A stretch of DNA of 64,000 nt from the human T2T-CHM13v2.0 reference genome, Homo sapiens. Location: assembly GCF_009914755.1 (NCBI RefSeq), contig NC_060937.1. One strand, written 5' to 3'. Under the pieces are notes generated by a model. The model was given only the letters and a program-made list of their open reading frames with translations, was not told the origin of the DNA and did no database searches. This document shows, one piece after another, positions 33,788 to 48,795 of this stretch (within the stretch, counting starts at the first letter, position 1; each line of letters opens with the position of its first letter). A program made the translations under genes and the position numbers.

Positions 33788-34476
33788 CAGAATGGTTATT
33801 TTTAAAAAGCCAAAAAATAACAGATGCTGGCGAGGTTGTGGAGAAAAGGGAATGCTTATACGGTGTTGTTTGGAATGATAATTAGTTCCGGCATTGTGGA
33901 AAGCAGTTTGGAGATTTTTCAAAGAACTTAAAATCAAAATACCATTTAACACACCCATTCCATTATTGGGCATACACCCAAAGGAATATAAATTATTCTA
34001 CCATAAAGACATGCATGTGTATGTTCATCACACCACTATTCATAATAGCAAAAACATGAAATCAACACAAATGCCCAATAATGATAGATTGGATAAAGAA
34101 AATGTGGTACATATTCACCATGGAATACTACATATCTATGAAAAAGAATGAGATTATGTTCTTTGCAGCAACATGGTTAGGCCTGGAGGCCATTATCCTA
34201 AGCAAACTAACACAGGAACAGAAAACCAAATACCACATCTTCTCCCTTGTAAGTGGGAGCTAAGCATGGAGTACATACAGAAACAAAGAAGGGAAAAACA
34301 GACACTGGGGCCTACTTGATGGTGTTTGGTGGGACTAGGGTGAGGATTGAAAAACTACCTATCAGGTGCTGTGCTTATTACCTGTACATCAGACTCACAC
34401 AACACACAATTACCTATATAAACAATCTGCACATGTACCCCTGAAACTAAAATAAAAGTTAAGAAAAAAATTTAAA
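33788..34476 (+). mobile_element. L1PA15/16-type 3' end (nest level 2, part c)
   Basis: gggtgaggattgaaaaactacctatcaggtgctgtgcttattacctg...catgtacccctgaaactaaaataaaagtt; TSD aagagctcaaactataca (20689-20706) / aagagctaaaaactataca (34477-34495). Confidence 0.88.
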
Positions 34477-35675
34477 AAGAGCTAAAAACTATACAATTCT
34501 TATTGAAAACATAGGTATAAATCCCGAAGACCTTGGATTTTGCCATGATTTCTTACATATGACAATAAATCACAAGCAACCAAAGAAAAAATAGATAAGC
34601 TGGATGTTATCAAAATTAAAACGCTTTTCCTTAAAAGGACACTATCAAGAAAGTAAAAGACAACACACAGAATGAAAAATAATTTGCAAATCATGTCTAC
34701 CAAAGGTCTTGTGTCCAGAATATAAAAAGAACAACTAAGCCTCAAATATAAAAAGGCAAATATTCAGATTTTTTAAAAAATGTGCAAAGAATATAAACAG
34801 ACATTTCTCTAAAGATTATAAATGGCTATTAAGCACATGCAAACATGCTCCATATCATAAGTCATTAGTGAAATATAAATCAAAACCACAATGAGATACC
34901 ACTTTGCACCCACTGGGATAGCTTCAATTAAAACAAAAACAAAAAGAAAACAACCCAGAAAATAGCAAGTGTTGGTAAGGACGAGGCGAAATGGGAATCT
35001 TTGTGCATTGCTGGTTGGATTGGGAACCAATAAAACCAGTTGGATCAGCCACTTTGGGAAACACTTCAGTGGTTCCTCAAAAAAATTAAACATAGAATTA
35101 CCACATGACCCAGCAATTCTACTTCTAGATATACACTCAAATTAAATGAAAATATATGTCACACAGAAATTTGTACGTGAATGTTTATAGTAGCACTGTT
35201 CATAATAGCCAAAAGTTGGAACCAACATAAAGTCCATCAACAGATGAATGGTAAAATCAAATATATATATATAATAGACTGTCATTCAGCAATAAAAATT
35301 TGAAGCACTAGTTCGTACTACAACACAGATGAACCTTGAAGACATTATTCTAAGTTAGGGAAGTCAGACACAAAAGACCACATGTTATGTTATTCCATTT
35401 ATATGAAATACACAAAATAGGTAAATCCATGGGAAAAGAAAGTAGATCAGTGATTGCCAGGGGTTGGATGGGGCTGAGTGCAGTGGGTAAGAATTGGGAG
35501 TGACTGCTAATGACTATGGGGTTTCTTCTTGTGGTGACAAAAATGCTCTGAAATTAGAGGTCTGTGCAACATGATGACTATATTAAAAACTATTAAATTG
35601 TGTATTTTAAAAGGGTGAGTCTTATGGTATGTGAATTATATTTTGATCATTTAAAAATGATATGTTAATTTTTTA
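34477..35675 (+). mobile_element. L1MB5-8-type ORF2 end and 3' UTR (nest level 1, right part)
   Basis: catagaattaccacatgacccagcaattc...gtcagacacaaaagaccaca...gggagtgactgctaatgactatggggtttc...tatggtatgtgaattata. Confidence 0.85.
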
Positions 35676-35913
35676 AAAAGTTGAGATAAGCATGCTTCAG
35701 CACATAAATGTGGTAAAATTTCCCTCCAGCTGGCTGCACCATTAAAAATATTAAAGGAAGTTTTTTACACAGAAAAAGAAAACACACAGAAATATGTATC
35801 TATAGGAAAAAATAAATAAAACATTAAAATGGTTAAGTACATGAATGAATATAAACATGTTGTTATTATTTATTATTTAATATTATTTAAATTCTTTTTA
35901 AAGAGAATTGCTT

Positions 35914-36210
<297 letters not shown>

Positions 36211-36460
36211 GTCTGCTTAAGCAAAAATAATTTTAAAAATCTATGGTGGTATAAATAACATTTATATAATATATAGTATATATTTTTTGTATATATATAT
36301 ATATATAATATAATAGTATAAAGTGTAGAAGGGGAGAAAAGTAAGCGTAATGTTTTAACTTTCTTTTACTATATAGGAAGTAGTATCATATCATATGAAG
36401 GCAGACTGTGAAAAGTTAAAGTATATAAACTAAAGTAAAAATTTAAAAATGAAATCATAG

Positions 36461-37680
36461 TTTGAGTTTCTTATCTATTTTAGATGTTCTTCTCTTATTA
36501 GATATAAGATTTGCAAATATTTTCTCCCAATTTTGCCTTGTCTCTTCGCTCTGTTAGTTGTTTCTTTTGCTGTACAGAAGAATTTTTTTTTCACATTTGA
36601 TGCATCTATTTTTGCTTTTGTTGCCTGTGCTTTTGGGGTCATATTCAAGAAATCATTGCCCAGACATTCAATAATAGGAAAACAAACAACCCTAATAAAA
36701 ATTGGGCAAAAGGCTTGAATAGACATTTCTCAAAAGAAGACATACAAATAAACAGTAGATGTATGAAAAATGCTCAATATCACTAATATCAGGGAAATGC
36801 AAATTAAAATTACAATGAGGTATCACCTCCCATCTGTTAGAATATCAATTATCAAAATGATGAAAGATAACTAGTATTGGCAAGGATGTAGAGAAAAGGA
36901 AATCCTCATACGCTGTTGTTGGGAATATAAATAGGTACAGTCATTTTGGAATATAGTATGGAGGTTCGAAAAAACAAAATGGAATCACCATAAGATCCAG
37001 CAGTACTGCTCCTGGGTATACACTCAAAGGAACTGAAATCAGTATTTCAAGGAGACACCTGCCTTCCCATGTTCATTACAGAATTATTCACAATAGTCAA
37101 GGTATGGAATCAACCTAAGTGTATATAAATGGATGAATGGATAAAGAAAAAAATGCTGTATACATACACAATAGAATACCATTCAGCATTATAAAAAGGT
37201 AAATCTTGTCATTTGTGACAACATAGATGTATATGAAGGACATTATGCTAAATGAAATAATCCGAGCACAGAGAGACAAATACTTGCATGATCTGACTTA
37301 TAGCTGGAACCTGAAAAAGTCAAGCTCAGAGAAGTAGAGAGTAGAATGGTGGTTACCAGAGTCTGGCAGGAGGGTGGAGTGGGGAAAGGGGAGATGTTAC
37401 CTAAAGGATTCAAGGTTTCAGTTAAGGCAGGAGGAATAGATTATAGTGATCTATTGCATAACATGGTGACTATATTTTACAATGTGTTGTATATTTCAAA
37501 ATCAATAAAAGAATATATTTTAAATGGTCTTACCAAAAAGAAATGATAAGTAGGTGAGGTAATAAATATATTGATTAGCCTGCTCAAACATTCCGCAAGG
37601 TATATTTGTAACACAACATTACATTGTACCCCACAAATATATGCAATCATTATTTGTAAATTACAGTAAAATAATTTTTT
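36461..37680 (+). mobile_element. L1MA4-6-type 3' element with 5' inversion (twin priming)
   Basis: 36461-36665 is antisense ORF2 ending at ...ataagaaactcaaa; sense part starts at 36666 with the adjacent consensus position attcaataataggaaaacaaac; 3' UTR ends cattgtaccccacaaatatatgcaatc. Confidence 0.85.
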
Positions 37681-37751
37681 AAATGACACGATATTGTTGT
37701 TTTTAAGCCAACAAATGAGAGAAAATTAGATCACTAAAAAATACTCAATTT

Positions 37752-38048
<297 letters not shown>

Positions 38049-40202
38049 CTCAATTTATCTGAAAGAAGACCAAAACAAGTAAATAAAGAACACATGAAAC
38101 AAATAGGAATCGAATAGTTAGATGATTCAATTAAATCTAACGAACAGGACATATTAAAATCAATAATTACAAAAATTTAAAATTATAAACACCCAAGGAA
38201 AAGATAGAGATGTTTATATTGAATAAAAAATAAGATCAAACTATATACTGTTTACAAAATATATGCTTTAAATGTAAAGATAACAGTTAAAAGTAAAAAG
38301 GTGGAAAGGGCACACCATGCTAACTCTAGTCAATAGAAAACTACAGTATGTATCTATTGATTAACCTCTAAACCCTTTAAAAACTTTATGCTAAACTATT
38401 TTCATGTTAGATGTGTTTTTATTTATCCTACTATGTCTATTACTTTGTTTTCAGCAGTATCGAGTCCTGCTTCTTATAATTTCTCTCTTTTCCTGGATTC
38501 ATTTTATTTATTTCATTTCCTTGCTGCACTCTGCCAGTTCATAGTTCTTTTTTCTTGTTTATCTCTTCCTAAGCTCCTTCATTATTGATTTGGTGCTTTT
38601 GCTTCACAGAGATTTTTAAAAATTCATAGTAAAATGCCATTTTCTTCTGCTTCTCATTCTATGTTTCTGGCATGCATTCTTCATCTCCTATTTTATTTTC
38701 TGCCAATTTTTTCTGATTATTTTCCTGCATTATATTTCTAAAGCTTCTGTACTTTTTCTTTCTTAACTCATCATTGAACTCATGATTTATGAGCTCAGTT
38801 ATAGAAAAAAAAATTATCTAAAAGAAGTTTTGCTTGGACAAGCTATTTGATACGGCATTCACCTGATTGAAAAGTACCACAACGACTTTCACAACCATCT
38901 GGGCATATTCTTAGGATACAGAGTTTTGCCCATTAATTCACTTAGCTGTTAACGTCTTTCCTACTAGTGAAGATGGGCAGCTGACGATCTTAAAAATGAA
39001 AAGATACTCTCCTCCTGCTCTGTCAAAGAGACAGACTGTGCTTCCTGTGAGTGGTTCTTTACTTAGCCTTGCCTTTGGGTCTAGAACATCAGCTGCCACC
39101 TGCAGATGCACCTGCAAACCTAATTTTATGGTAAGAAGTAAGATATTTCTGGCATCTCGGGGTTTTGCGCCTCAACTGTCAGAAGAATAATTTAGCTGGA
39201 CTCTTAGGAGATCTGTGGTTGTGGGGCCTTTTCTCAATGCATCCTACTCAGTCTTCATTCAGCCTTCACAAAACCATCCACCCATTTGGCTTTCCAGGAT
39301 CTTAGCTGTTTTCTAATTTTAACAAAAAAATGGAGGATATAGTTTTTAAATTTTTTTATTGTCTTTGTATTTTAGCTAAGAAGAGTAGTCTGACAGTACA
39401 GTTTTATCTTCAAACAAGAAACTGCTATCAAGTGTAGCGGTTATACTTGCATTTTCTATAACTGAGCTAATAAATCATGATACCTTAATATTTTTTATTC
39501 ATTGGAATACTATTTATCTTCATGCTATATTTGCATTTTTCACATAAATTTAGTTCATCAGGTGACATATTCAGAAACTGCAATATGAGTTCATGCCAAT
39601 AGTCTATCTGTCCCAGATATTACATAAATTTCGGCACATATTTCACTTAAAATATAAACACTGTTTATAAATGTTCTACATAGCTATCTTCTTTTCAAGA
39701 CTCTGAGTACAATATTGACAAAACATTTAATTTTTTCACTCTTATGCATCCTTCCAAATTCTAATTGTTTCCTAACCTAAATTATGTGTTGTTTTTGAAT
39801 ACTTTAAGTCACATGTACTTTCAATTGATTTTGACTATTTTATGTTTTTAGTTAAGGAAAGTTCCTACTTAATACATTAAAGAATCAAAACTTTGCCCAC
39901 TGGGTTTTTGTTTACGTGTGAATTATATTACTGAAAGTGGGTCAAAAATGATCAAGCTATTTCAAAATTATTTTCTATGAACTCTAAACCACAAACACTT
40001 GTCACATTGAAAAAGATTACTTTCCTCATAAATTCCCAACTAAATTCTGACATGCAAGAATATGTTCTTGCCATACTTATTGTGTTATGTTTTCTCATTG
40101 ACATAGTTTCCATGACAGAACCTTTAGATGAGTACAGTAAATGAGATGCACTCTGGTTTCTCCAACATACTTGGATCAATCTTGAGTTTATCTCACTCTC
40201 CA

Positions 40203-40523
<321 letters not shown>

Positions 40524-41397
40524 TGTTTTTTTTTTTAATTTTTTTTTTAAATCCTGCATATTGTCGATGGAAGAAAAACAAAACAAAACAAAATAAAAGC
40601 ACATTGGAATGTTTGCCAATATGAAACCTGTTTTCTAGCAACAATTATCCTTTCAAAGTTGGTAGTCAGTTTTACTTGCTTCAGTCGGCTGACTGTTTCA
40701 TTCTCTTCGGTGGCTCTTAATAACTTTTCATTTTAACTTCATGCCTTCAAAAAATTACTACTTCCTCCTTCTGAGGGCGTTCATTGTAAAATATGACCTA
40801 TGAATGTCCAGTGTCCTCCATTCACAGCCATTTCTCTCTCTGGTATTAATGGTTCATGTATGCTTGTTTCTGCTAAAGGCAACACGCTTTACCTGCACTC
40901 TTGTCCAACATCTTGCTACTTGCATCTTTCTTGCTCTTGCATCTTTATGATGCTGTACAAACACCATGGGTTTCTTTATTCTTGCATATCCTGTCACATG
41001 TCTTTCCTCCTTCTCTGTCTTACTAGCTACTGAGAACACCCAAGATACTGACAGGAGTAGTAGAGAAAGGAAGACGTGTGCAGACAGTGACGTAGCAGAA
41101 GTCACTGGAAACTTTGACATGACAGTGACAAAGAAAGATAAAAGGTATAAGTGAGTAGCCAAAAAAAGAGGAAGATAACAAATGTTTTGTATCCTAGCTA
41201 TTCTCAAGCTTATTTTTAGATTCAACACATAAGGTGCATGACATTAGTATGTACAGCATACTCGTATGCACAATTCCCAATATATTGGTTAATACATCAG
41301 GAACAATATAACAAGGGTAAATACAAATATGCTCTAACATTTAATTACTTCTTTTCTCAAAATTTCTAGTTTATATTTAATAATGAATTATTTGTAC

Positions 41398-43659
41398 TGA
41401 AATGGTTTGGCTCTGCCCCCACACAAATCTCATCTTAAATTCCTGCATATTGTGGGAGGGTCCCAGTGGGAGGTAATTGAATCATGGGGGCAAGTCTTTC
41501 CCATGCTGTTCTCATGATAGTGAATAAGTCTCAAGAGATCTGATGGTTTCATAAAGAGGAGTTCTCCTGCACGAGTTCTCTCTCTTTGCCTGCTGCCATC
41601 CATGTAAGATGTGACTTCCTCCTCCTTGCCTTCTGCCTGATTGTGAGGCTTCCCCAGCCATGTGGAACTGTAAGTCCATTAAACCTCTTTCTTTTGTAAA
41701 TTGCCCAGTCTCGGGTATATTTTTATCAGCAGCATGAAAACAAAATAATACAGTAAGTTGGTACCAAGAATGAGACACTGCTGAAAACGTACTTGAAAAT
41801 GTGGAAGCAACTTTGGAACTGGGTAACAGGAAGAGGTTGGGACAGTTTGGGGGGCTCAGAATACAGGAAAATATGGGAAAGTTTGGAACTCCCTAGAGGC
41901 TCGTTGAATGGCTTTGCCCAAAATGCTGATAGTGATATGGACAATGAAATCCAGGTTGAGGTGGTTTCAGATGGAGATGAGAAAATTTTTGGGAACTGGA
42001 GTAAAGGTGACCGTTGTTATGTTTTAGCAAAGAGACTGGTGGCATTTAGCCCCTGCCCTAGAGATTTATGGAACTTTGAACTTGAGAGAGATGATTTAGG
42101 GTATCTGCTGGAAGAAATTTCTAAGCAGCAAAGCACTGGGTGCTGTTAAAGGCATTCAGTTTTAAAAGGAAAATGGAGCCTAAAAGTTTGGAAAATGTGT
42201 AGCCTGACAATGTGTTAGAAAAGAAAATCCCATTGTTTGGGGAGGAATTCAAGCTGGCTACAGAAATTTGCATAAGTAACAAGGAGCCAAATGTTAATCC
42301 CCAAGACAATGCGGAAAATGTCTCCAGCACATGTGAGAGGTCTTCATGGCAGCCCCTCCCATCACAGGCCCAGAGACCTAGGAGGAAAAAGTGGTTTAAT
42401 GGGCCAGGCCCAGAGTCGCTGTGCTGTGTGCAGCCTAGGGACTTGGTGACTTTAGTTCCAGCCACTCCAGCCATGACTGAATGGGGCCAACATAGAGCTC
42501 AGGCCATGGCTTCACAGGGTGCAAGCCTCAAGCCTTGGCAGCTCCCACATGGTGTTGAGCTTTCCAGTGCACAGAAGTCAAGAATTGGGGTTTGGAAATC
42601 TCCACCTAGATTTCAGAAGATGTATAGAAACACCCAGATGCCCAGGCAGAAGTTTGTTACAGGGGCAGGGCCCTCATAGAGAACCTCTGCTAGGGCAGTG
42701 CAAAAGGAAAATGTAGGGTGAGATCCCCCACACAGAGTCCCTACCAGGGCACCACCTAGTGGATCTGTGAGAAGAGGGCCACCTTCCTCCAGACCCTAGA
42801 ATGGTGTATCCACCAACAGCTTGCACCATGTGCCTGGAAAAGCTGTGGATACTCAATGCCAGCCCATGAAAGCAGCCAGGAGGGAAGCTGTGCCCTGCAA
42901 AGGCTTGGCTGCCCAAGACCATGGGAACCCACCTCTTACCTCAGCATGACCTGGATGTGAGACTTGGAGTCAAAGGAGATCATTTTGGAGCTTTAAGATT
43001 TGACTGCTCCACTGGATTTCAGACTTGCATGGGGCCTGTAGCCTCTTTTTGGCCAACTTCTCCCATTTGGAATGGCTGTATTTACCCAGTGTCTGTACTC
43101 CCACTGTATTTAGGAAATAACTAAGCTGCTTTTGATTTTACAGGCTCATAGGTGGAAGGGACTTGTCTTATCTTGGATGAGACTTTGCACTGTGGACTTT
43201 TGAGTTAATGCTGAAATGAGTTAAGATTTTGGGGGACTGTTGGGAAGGCATGATTGGTTTTGAAATGTGAGGTCATAAGATGTGGGACGAGCCAGGGGTG
43301 GCATGATATGGTTTGGCTGTGTCCCCACTCAAATCTCATCTTGAATTCCCACATGTTGTGGGAGGGACCCAGTGGGAGATAATTGAATCATGGGGGCAAA
43401 TTTTTCCCATGCTATTCTTGTGACAGTGGATAAGTCTCACGAGGGCTGATGGTTTCAGAAGGAGGAGTTTCCCTGAGTGAATTCTCTCTCTTTGCCTGAT
43501 GCCATCCATGTAAGACGTGACTTGTTCCTCCTTGCCTTCCACCATGATTTTGAGGCTTCCCCAGCCACATGGAACCGTAAGTCCATTAAACCTACTTCTT
43601 TTGTAAATTGCCCAGTCTCAGATATGTCTTTACCAGCAGTGTGAAAATGGACTAACACA
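41398..43659 (+). mobile_element. Complete THE1A MaLR provirus (LTR-internal-LTR)
   Basis: 5' LTR 41398-41752, internal 41753-43303, 3' LTR 43304-43659; THE1A-type ctcatcttgaattcccacatgttgtgggaggg; 5-bp flanks tgtac/tattc match only 3 of 5. Confidence 0.95.
41793..43124 (+). pseudogene. THE1 internal ORF remnant (fragmented)
   Basis: WESLELPRGSLNGFAQNADSDMDNE...RDLWNFELERDDLGYL matches the MaLR internal ORF; broken into 41793-42149, 42212-42679 and 42921-43124. Confidence 0.75.
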
Positions 43660-43728
43660 TATTCCAAACTTCTTATCCAACCACATGGAAATACTGCAAC
43701 ATTAAAATAGAGAACCATTGATCTGAGC

Positions 43729-43882
43729 CAGCTGTTCTTAGTGTGTGGTCTCCAGATCAGCAGTATCTGTGTCACCTGGGAACTTATTAGGAATGCAAAT
43801 TCACATGCTCTACCTCTCACCCACTAATCCAACACTTTGGGGCATAGCCTAGCAATCTGATGAACTCTAGTTTGACAGTAAC
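43729..43882. mobile_element. MER5A (hAT-Charlie MITE)
   Basis: cagctgttcttagtgtgtggtctccagatcagcagtatc...tcacctgggaacttattaggaatgcaaattc. Confidence 0.8.
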
Positions 43883-44354
43883 AGATTTTGATTCTAGACC
43901 TTTTTATAAAAACAGACACACTGAAGTACAAGTCACAAAGGCAGAGTTAAAGTCGACCACAGGATATTTTTTTTTCATAAGTGATCTTGTTCACACAGTC
44001 CATATAAATACTGTCTTGCACTTAATAATTACTAAAATATGTCATTTGAATGAAATAACTCAGATGATTTCTTTTTTAGTAAGTAAAAATTTAGAACTTT
44101 TACCTATTTTAAAATCAAAAGTATCAAAATGATTCCATTGTACTAAATTTACCTTTTACTTGCCCTGACTCTAATCAATATATACACAATATTCACTTCT
44201 CTATGTACCATATTTTAGGTATATTCTTACTCTTGTATAGAGAGAAGCATTAAAGGAAAGTTAAGAATATATATACACCTAAAACCATATTCTACATTTG
44301 CATATACTTGCTTTGCTGGGAGGTCTTGAGTCTTTCTTAAGCCTCAGTACTTCT

Positions 44355-44500
44355 GTCCACGATTATAATTATCAAGAAAAGTTCCCCATTTACAGAAGAA
44401 GAAAAGAGTCCTCAAGGAGTTACATAATCTACCAAGGTGACACAGCTACTAAGAGATAGAGCTGAGATGGACTCTGGTACATCTGATATCATGCTCTTAT
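44355..44500 (-). mobile_element. MIR fragment
   Basis: ccccatttacagaagaagaaa...ccaaggtgacacagctactaagagatagagctgagat. Confidence 0.6.
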
Positions 44501-45029
44501 ATATATCTTATAAAGTTAGTCTGAGAATTAAATAATATTCAGAAAGATTTCAACGTAGTGACTACATAGTATATGCTCCATCAATATTGACAAGTAGTAG
44601 TATTGATATTTTATTACTGCTAGGGCAGTACCAAGAGGAATTCCCAGGGATTTCTACCAACAGGATGCCTTGATACCTTGTAGCTATTCGCATTCCCTCC
44701 TAGAGCCATCATGTGCCTGCTTTTCCTCTGTTCTCCCCCTTTGTGGAGTCCTTGCTCTACCGAAAACCAGGTAGTAAGGACTATAGTAAAGGTGATGAGT
44801 TCCTGGCCTCCAAATTTGCACTCTAATTACATCTCTTTCTTTAAAGCTTAGATACCATCGTCAGAGTCAAGGACATTACTTGTTTTATAATACAGGCACA
44901 TCCAGGGTTAATCTATGTCTCTAGTCATTAAAGAGAACATGATATCAATGAAAAAGTTACAGTCAATCAATTTGGAAACCACCTGAGAGCTTTAACTCAA
45001 TTTTAATAATTCGGTTTCAATAATAAATC

Positions 45030-45265
45030 ATTAGATATTATCCTGTCATTTAATGAGGGATCATTATGTACCAAGCATTGTGATTTATTTTCTATATCTT
45101 ACCAACTGCACTGTCAGATAGATATTCTTAGTTTCAGTTTATAGATGAGAAACCTGGGGATTACAGATATTAGGTAACTTATACTAGGTTACTCAGCTCC
45201 TGAATATGAGGATCAAGATTCAAACTGGAATCTATGTAGCATCAAATCTGAGGCTTTTAATCAAC
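45030..45265 (-). mobile_element. MIR SINE
   Basis: tatgtaccaagcattgtg...cagtttatagatgagaaacctg...aagattcaaactggaatct. Confidence 0.65.
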
Positions 45266-46879
45266 TCCCCTAGAAAAATTGGGGTGGCTTCAGACAAGTC
45301 AAATGAAAGACATTGTGAAAGTGTCTGTCACAGAAAAATTATCATGCTATTATTTTTCTCAAATGCTGTTAACCCTAATATTCCATCAACCAAGTATTCT
45401 ATCCTCCTGCCATAATTTACTGTAAAAACAATCACATTTGGGTCTGAAACATGATCCTTTTATTGGATCATCAATAATTAATTTTCAGACACAAATTTTA
45501 CTCTAAACAGAATTTTTGCAAGCAGAAAATAATATGCATTTTTTGTGTTTTCCTCTGAAAATTTGTTTACTGGTTATGTCAGTGGAAACTCCAGGAAGAT
45601 ATATCAAATTGAATATAATAGAGGTTGATTACAGAATAAATCACATCAATTATTTAATTCTCCTTCTTTAGTGTTTCTCTTGTTAGGTATCTGGCACAAC
45701 TTTCTAGGTTTTTCAGCCAATGGGCTGTAGAAAGGCAATGCTGCAAATGAGGAGGGTAATAAAAAAATGAAAAATCTTTAGTACAATTATTATTCAAAGA
45801 TGTGTTTGAAAGAGTTTGTTTAAAAGTATTTAGACAGTTACAAACTGAATTTAATTGGTATAATAAATGTAATAACTATAAAGGATAATCTTTGTAGGAA
45901 AACTCTTTTAATATGATTCCTTAGACCCTTTTATATCAATGTCCTGCCAGAATCATGAAGACTTCATTCACTTATACCATCCCTTCTCATCATTCTCTAT
46001 CTCCTCCCTCTAATGTTGATAATTATTTTAGTATTAACTTTAATCATATGAAGTCAACATTTTTATAGGCAAAATTATCAAATATAGGCAGTTTTATATG
46101 TTCCAAACTGTTATATATGTTATAATATTATTATTTAAAAAGATTAATAAATTCCTGTTTAATGTTCTAGTCTCATTTTAACAGCTACTTTCTAACATTA
46201 GTGAACTATAAATTTATTTTTACATTTTCAAGTTTATAACATTCCCAGCATGTTCAGCCACCAAAAGTTGGCCTTCCATCTTTTGTTGATTTGAGTCTAT
46301 CATCGGAAAACAATAAATTTTATTACACTAAAATAACCATATTAATATTGTTCATTGCAGAGCCAAGTTCTGGTCTAGGAATCAATTTCCTTCTCTACAA
46401 ATTCAGTGTCATTCCTAATGGTATTATTTTTGCTATTCAAGTAATTAATTCACTTTGAATCTAGAATTCAACACAAACCCACCTAATTCTAATCAGCACA
46501 AAGCCAAAAATTTTATATTATTGGTTAAAACTGATGCATTCTCAATACTTTTGTAATAATATAAAATAAAATTTAAAAGTAGTTGAAATTGTGCTTGTTT
46601 ATAATAATAACAGGTGATTTACAGAGGATCACAATGAGCAAGTAAGGATTTAATCAAGATTATACAAGAAAATATTTTATGCTAAATCTGTATATCAACA
46701 GAAATAAGAATAGTCTAGGGATAAGCTAATAGGGAAAAGATGGTTGGCATACCCATCTATTGAACACCTCACTATAAGCAATTAATGAAGCAAAAACCTG
46801 ATTTTCTTTCCTGCAAAAATTTGGGTAAATCCTTGTTTTCTCGGTTCCTTACCTTTTCCTTTTTAAAAATAAAAGTGGT

Positions 46880-47820
<941 letters not shown>

Positions 47821-47829
47821 CGTCTAGCC

Positions 47830-47855
47830 AAAAAAAAAAAAAAAAAAAAAAAAAA
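47830..47855 (+). repeat. Poly(A)26 tract
   Basis: Pure A run not attached to an Alu body. Confidence 0.95.
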
Positions 47856-47947
47856 GGAAAAGGAAAAGTATAAATCGGGGGCAGATCTTAGAATAAACAC
47901 AATTCAAATATTCTTAAAAAGAAAAAGAAAGAGTTGGTGATTCTTCC

Positions 47948-48300
47948 TATCTTTGTTTCTGTAGCTGTTGTATTGAAATAGGTACTATAGACTGAGTGGC
48001 TTATAAGGCACAAAATTTTTATCTCATAGCTATGAAAGCTGGGAAGTTCAAGATTAAGGTAGCGGCAAGTCTGGTGAGGCCCAACTTTCTAGTTCATAGA
48101 TGGCACCTTCTTGCTGTGTTCCCACATGGTGAAAGGAGCAGGTAGCTCTCTAGGGAACTTTTGTAATGGCACTAATCACATAAGGGTAGACCCCTCATGA
48201 CCCAATAACTTTCCAAAGGCCTCACCTCCTAATACCATCACTTTCAGGGTTAAGATTTCAGCATATAAATTTTTAGAGGGAAATATTCAGGTCATAGAGC
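47948..48300 (-). mobile_element. MLT1A-type solo LTR (MaLR)
   Basis: tagactgagtggcttata...gctgggaagttcaagattaagg...ttcatagatggcaccttcttgctgtg...caaaggcctcacctcctaataccatcac. Confidence 0.88.
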
Positions 48301-48544
48301 TTTTTGAAACCAGACATTGATAAATAAGGATGAGAAATGGAACGAAAAGAGTAAGGATGCTATATTTTCCTAGACGCTGTACAGCTGTAATTAAATCTAG
48401 TCCTTCAAAAATGAACACTTTAGCAAATGCTATAAAGCTTTTAAAAGCTTGGAAACAAGATATCATACCTGCTAAGGCTGATAAGAAAAACAAAGGCTGC
48501 TCAGTGATTAATATGAGTACATGAAGATGTTCCAGACTTCAAAC

Positions 48545-48795
48545 TTGCATTATAGCACAATGGTTAATAAACTTGGCTTTGGAATTTGTGAAGTTTGGGT
48601 TGAATTTATGGTTGTACTACATACTAATTGTGTGACCTTAGAAAGTTATTTAACCATTCTAGAACTAGTTTTGTCATCTGTATAGTAGGAATGATGATGT
48701 TTTATGAGGGTAATAATATAAAATAATGCAAGTAAATCATTCAGCATAGGGCCAACCACAGACTAGTCACTCATCAAATGTTAACTTTGTTACTT
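48545..48795 (+). mobile_element. MIR SINE
   Basis: tagcacaatggttaataaacttggctttggaat...tgtgtgaccttagaaagttatttaacc...tcatctgtatagtaggaatgatg. Confidence 0.8.

Noticed and set aside
41793-42679. Domesticated retroviral gene
   Set aside because: The THE1 internal ORF is broken by a deletion and frameshift near 42135 and by later stops
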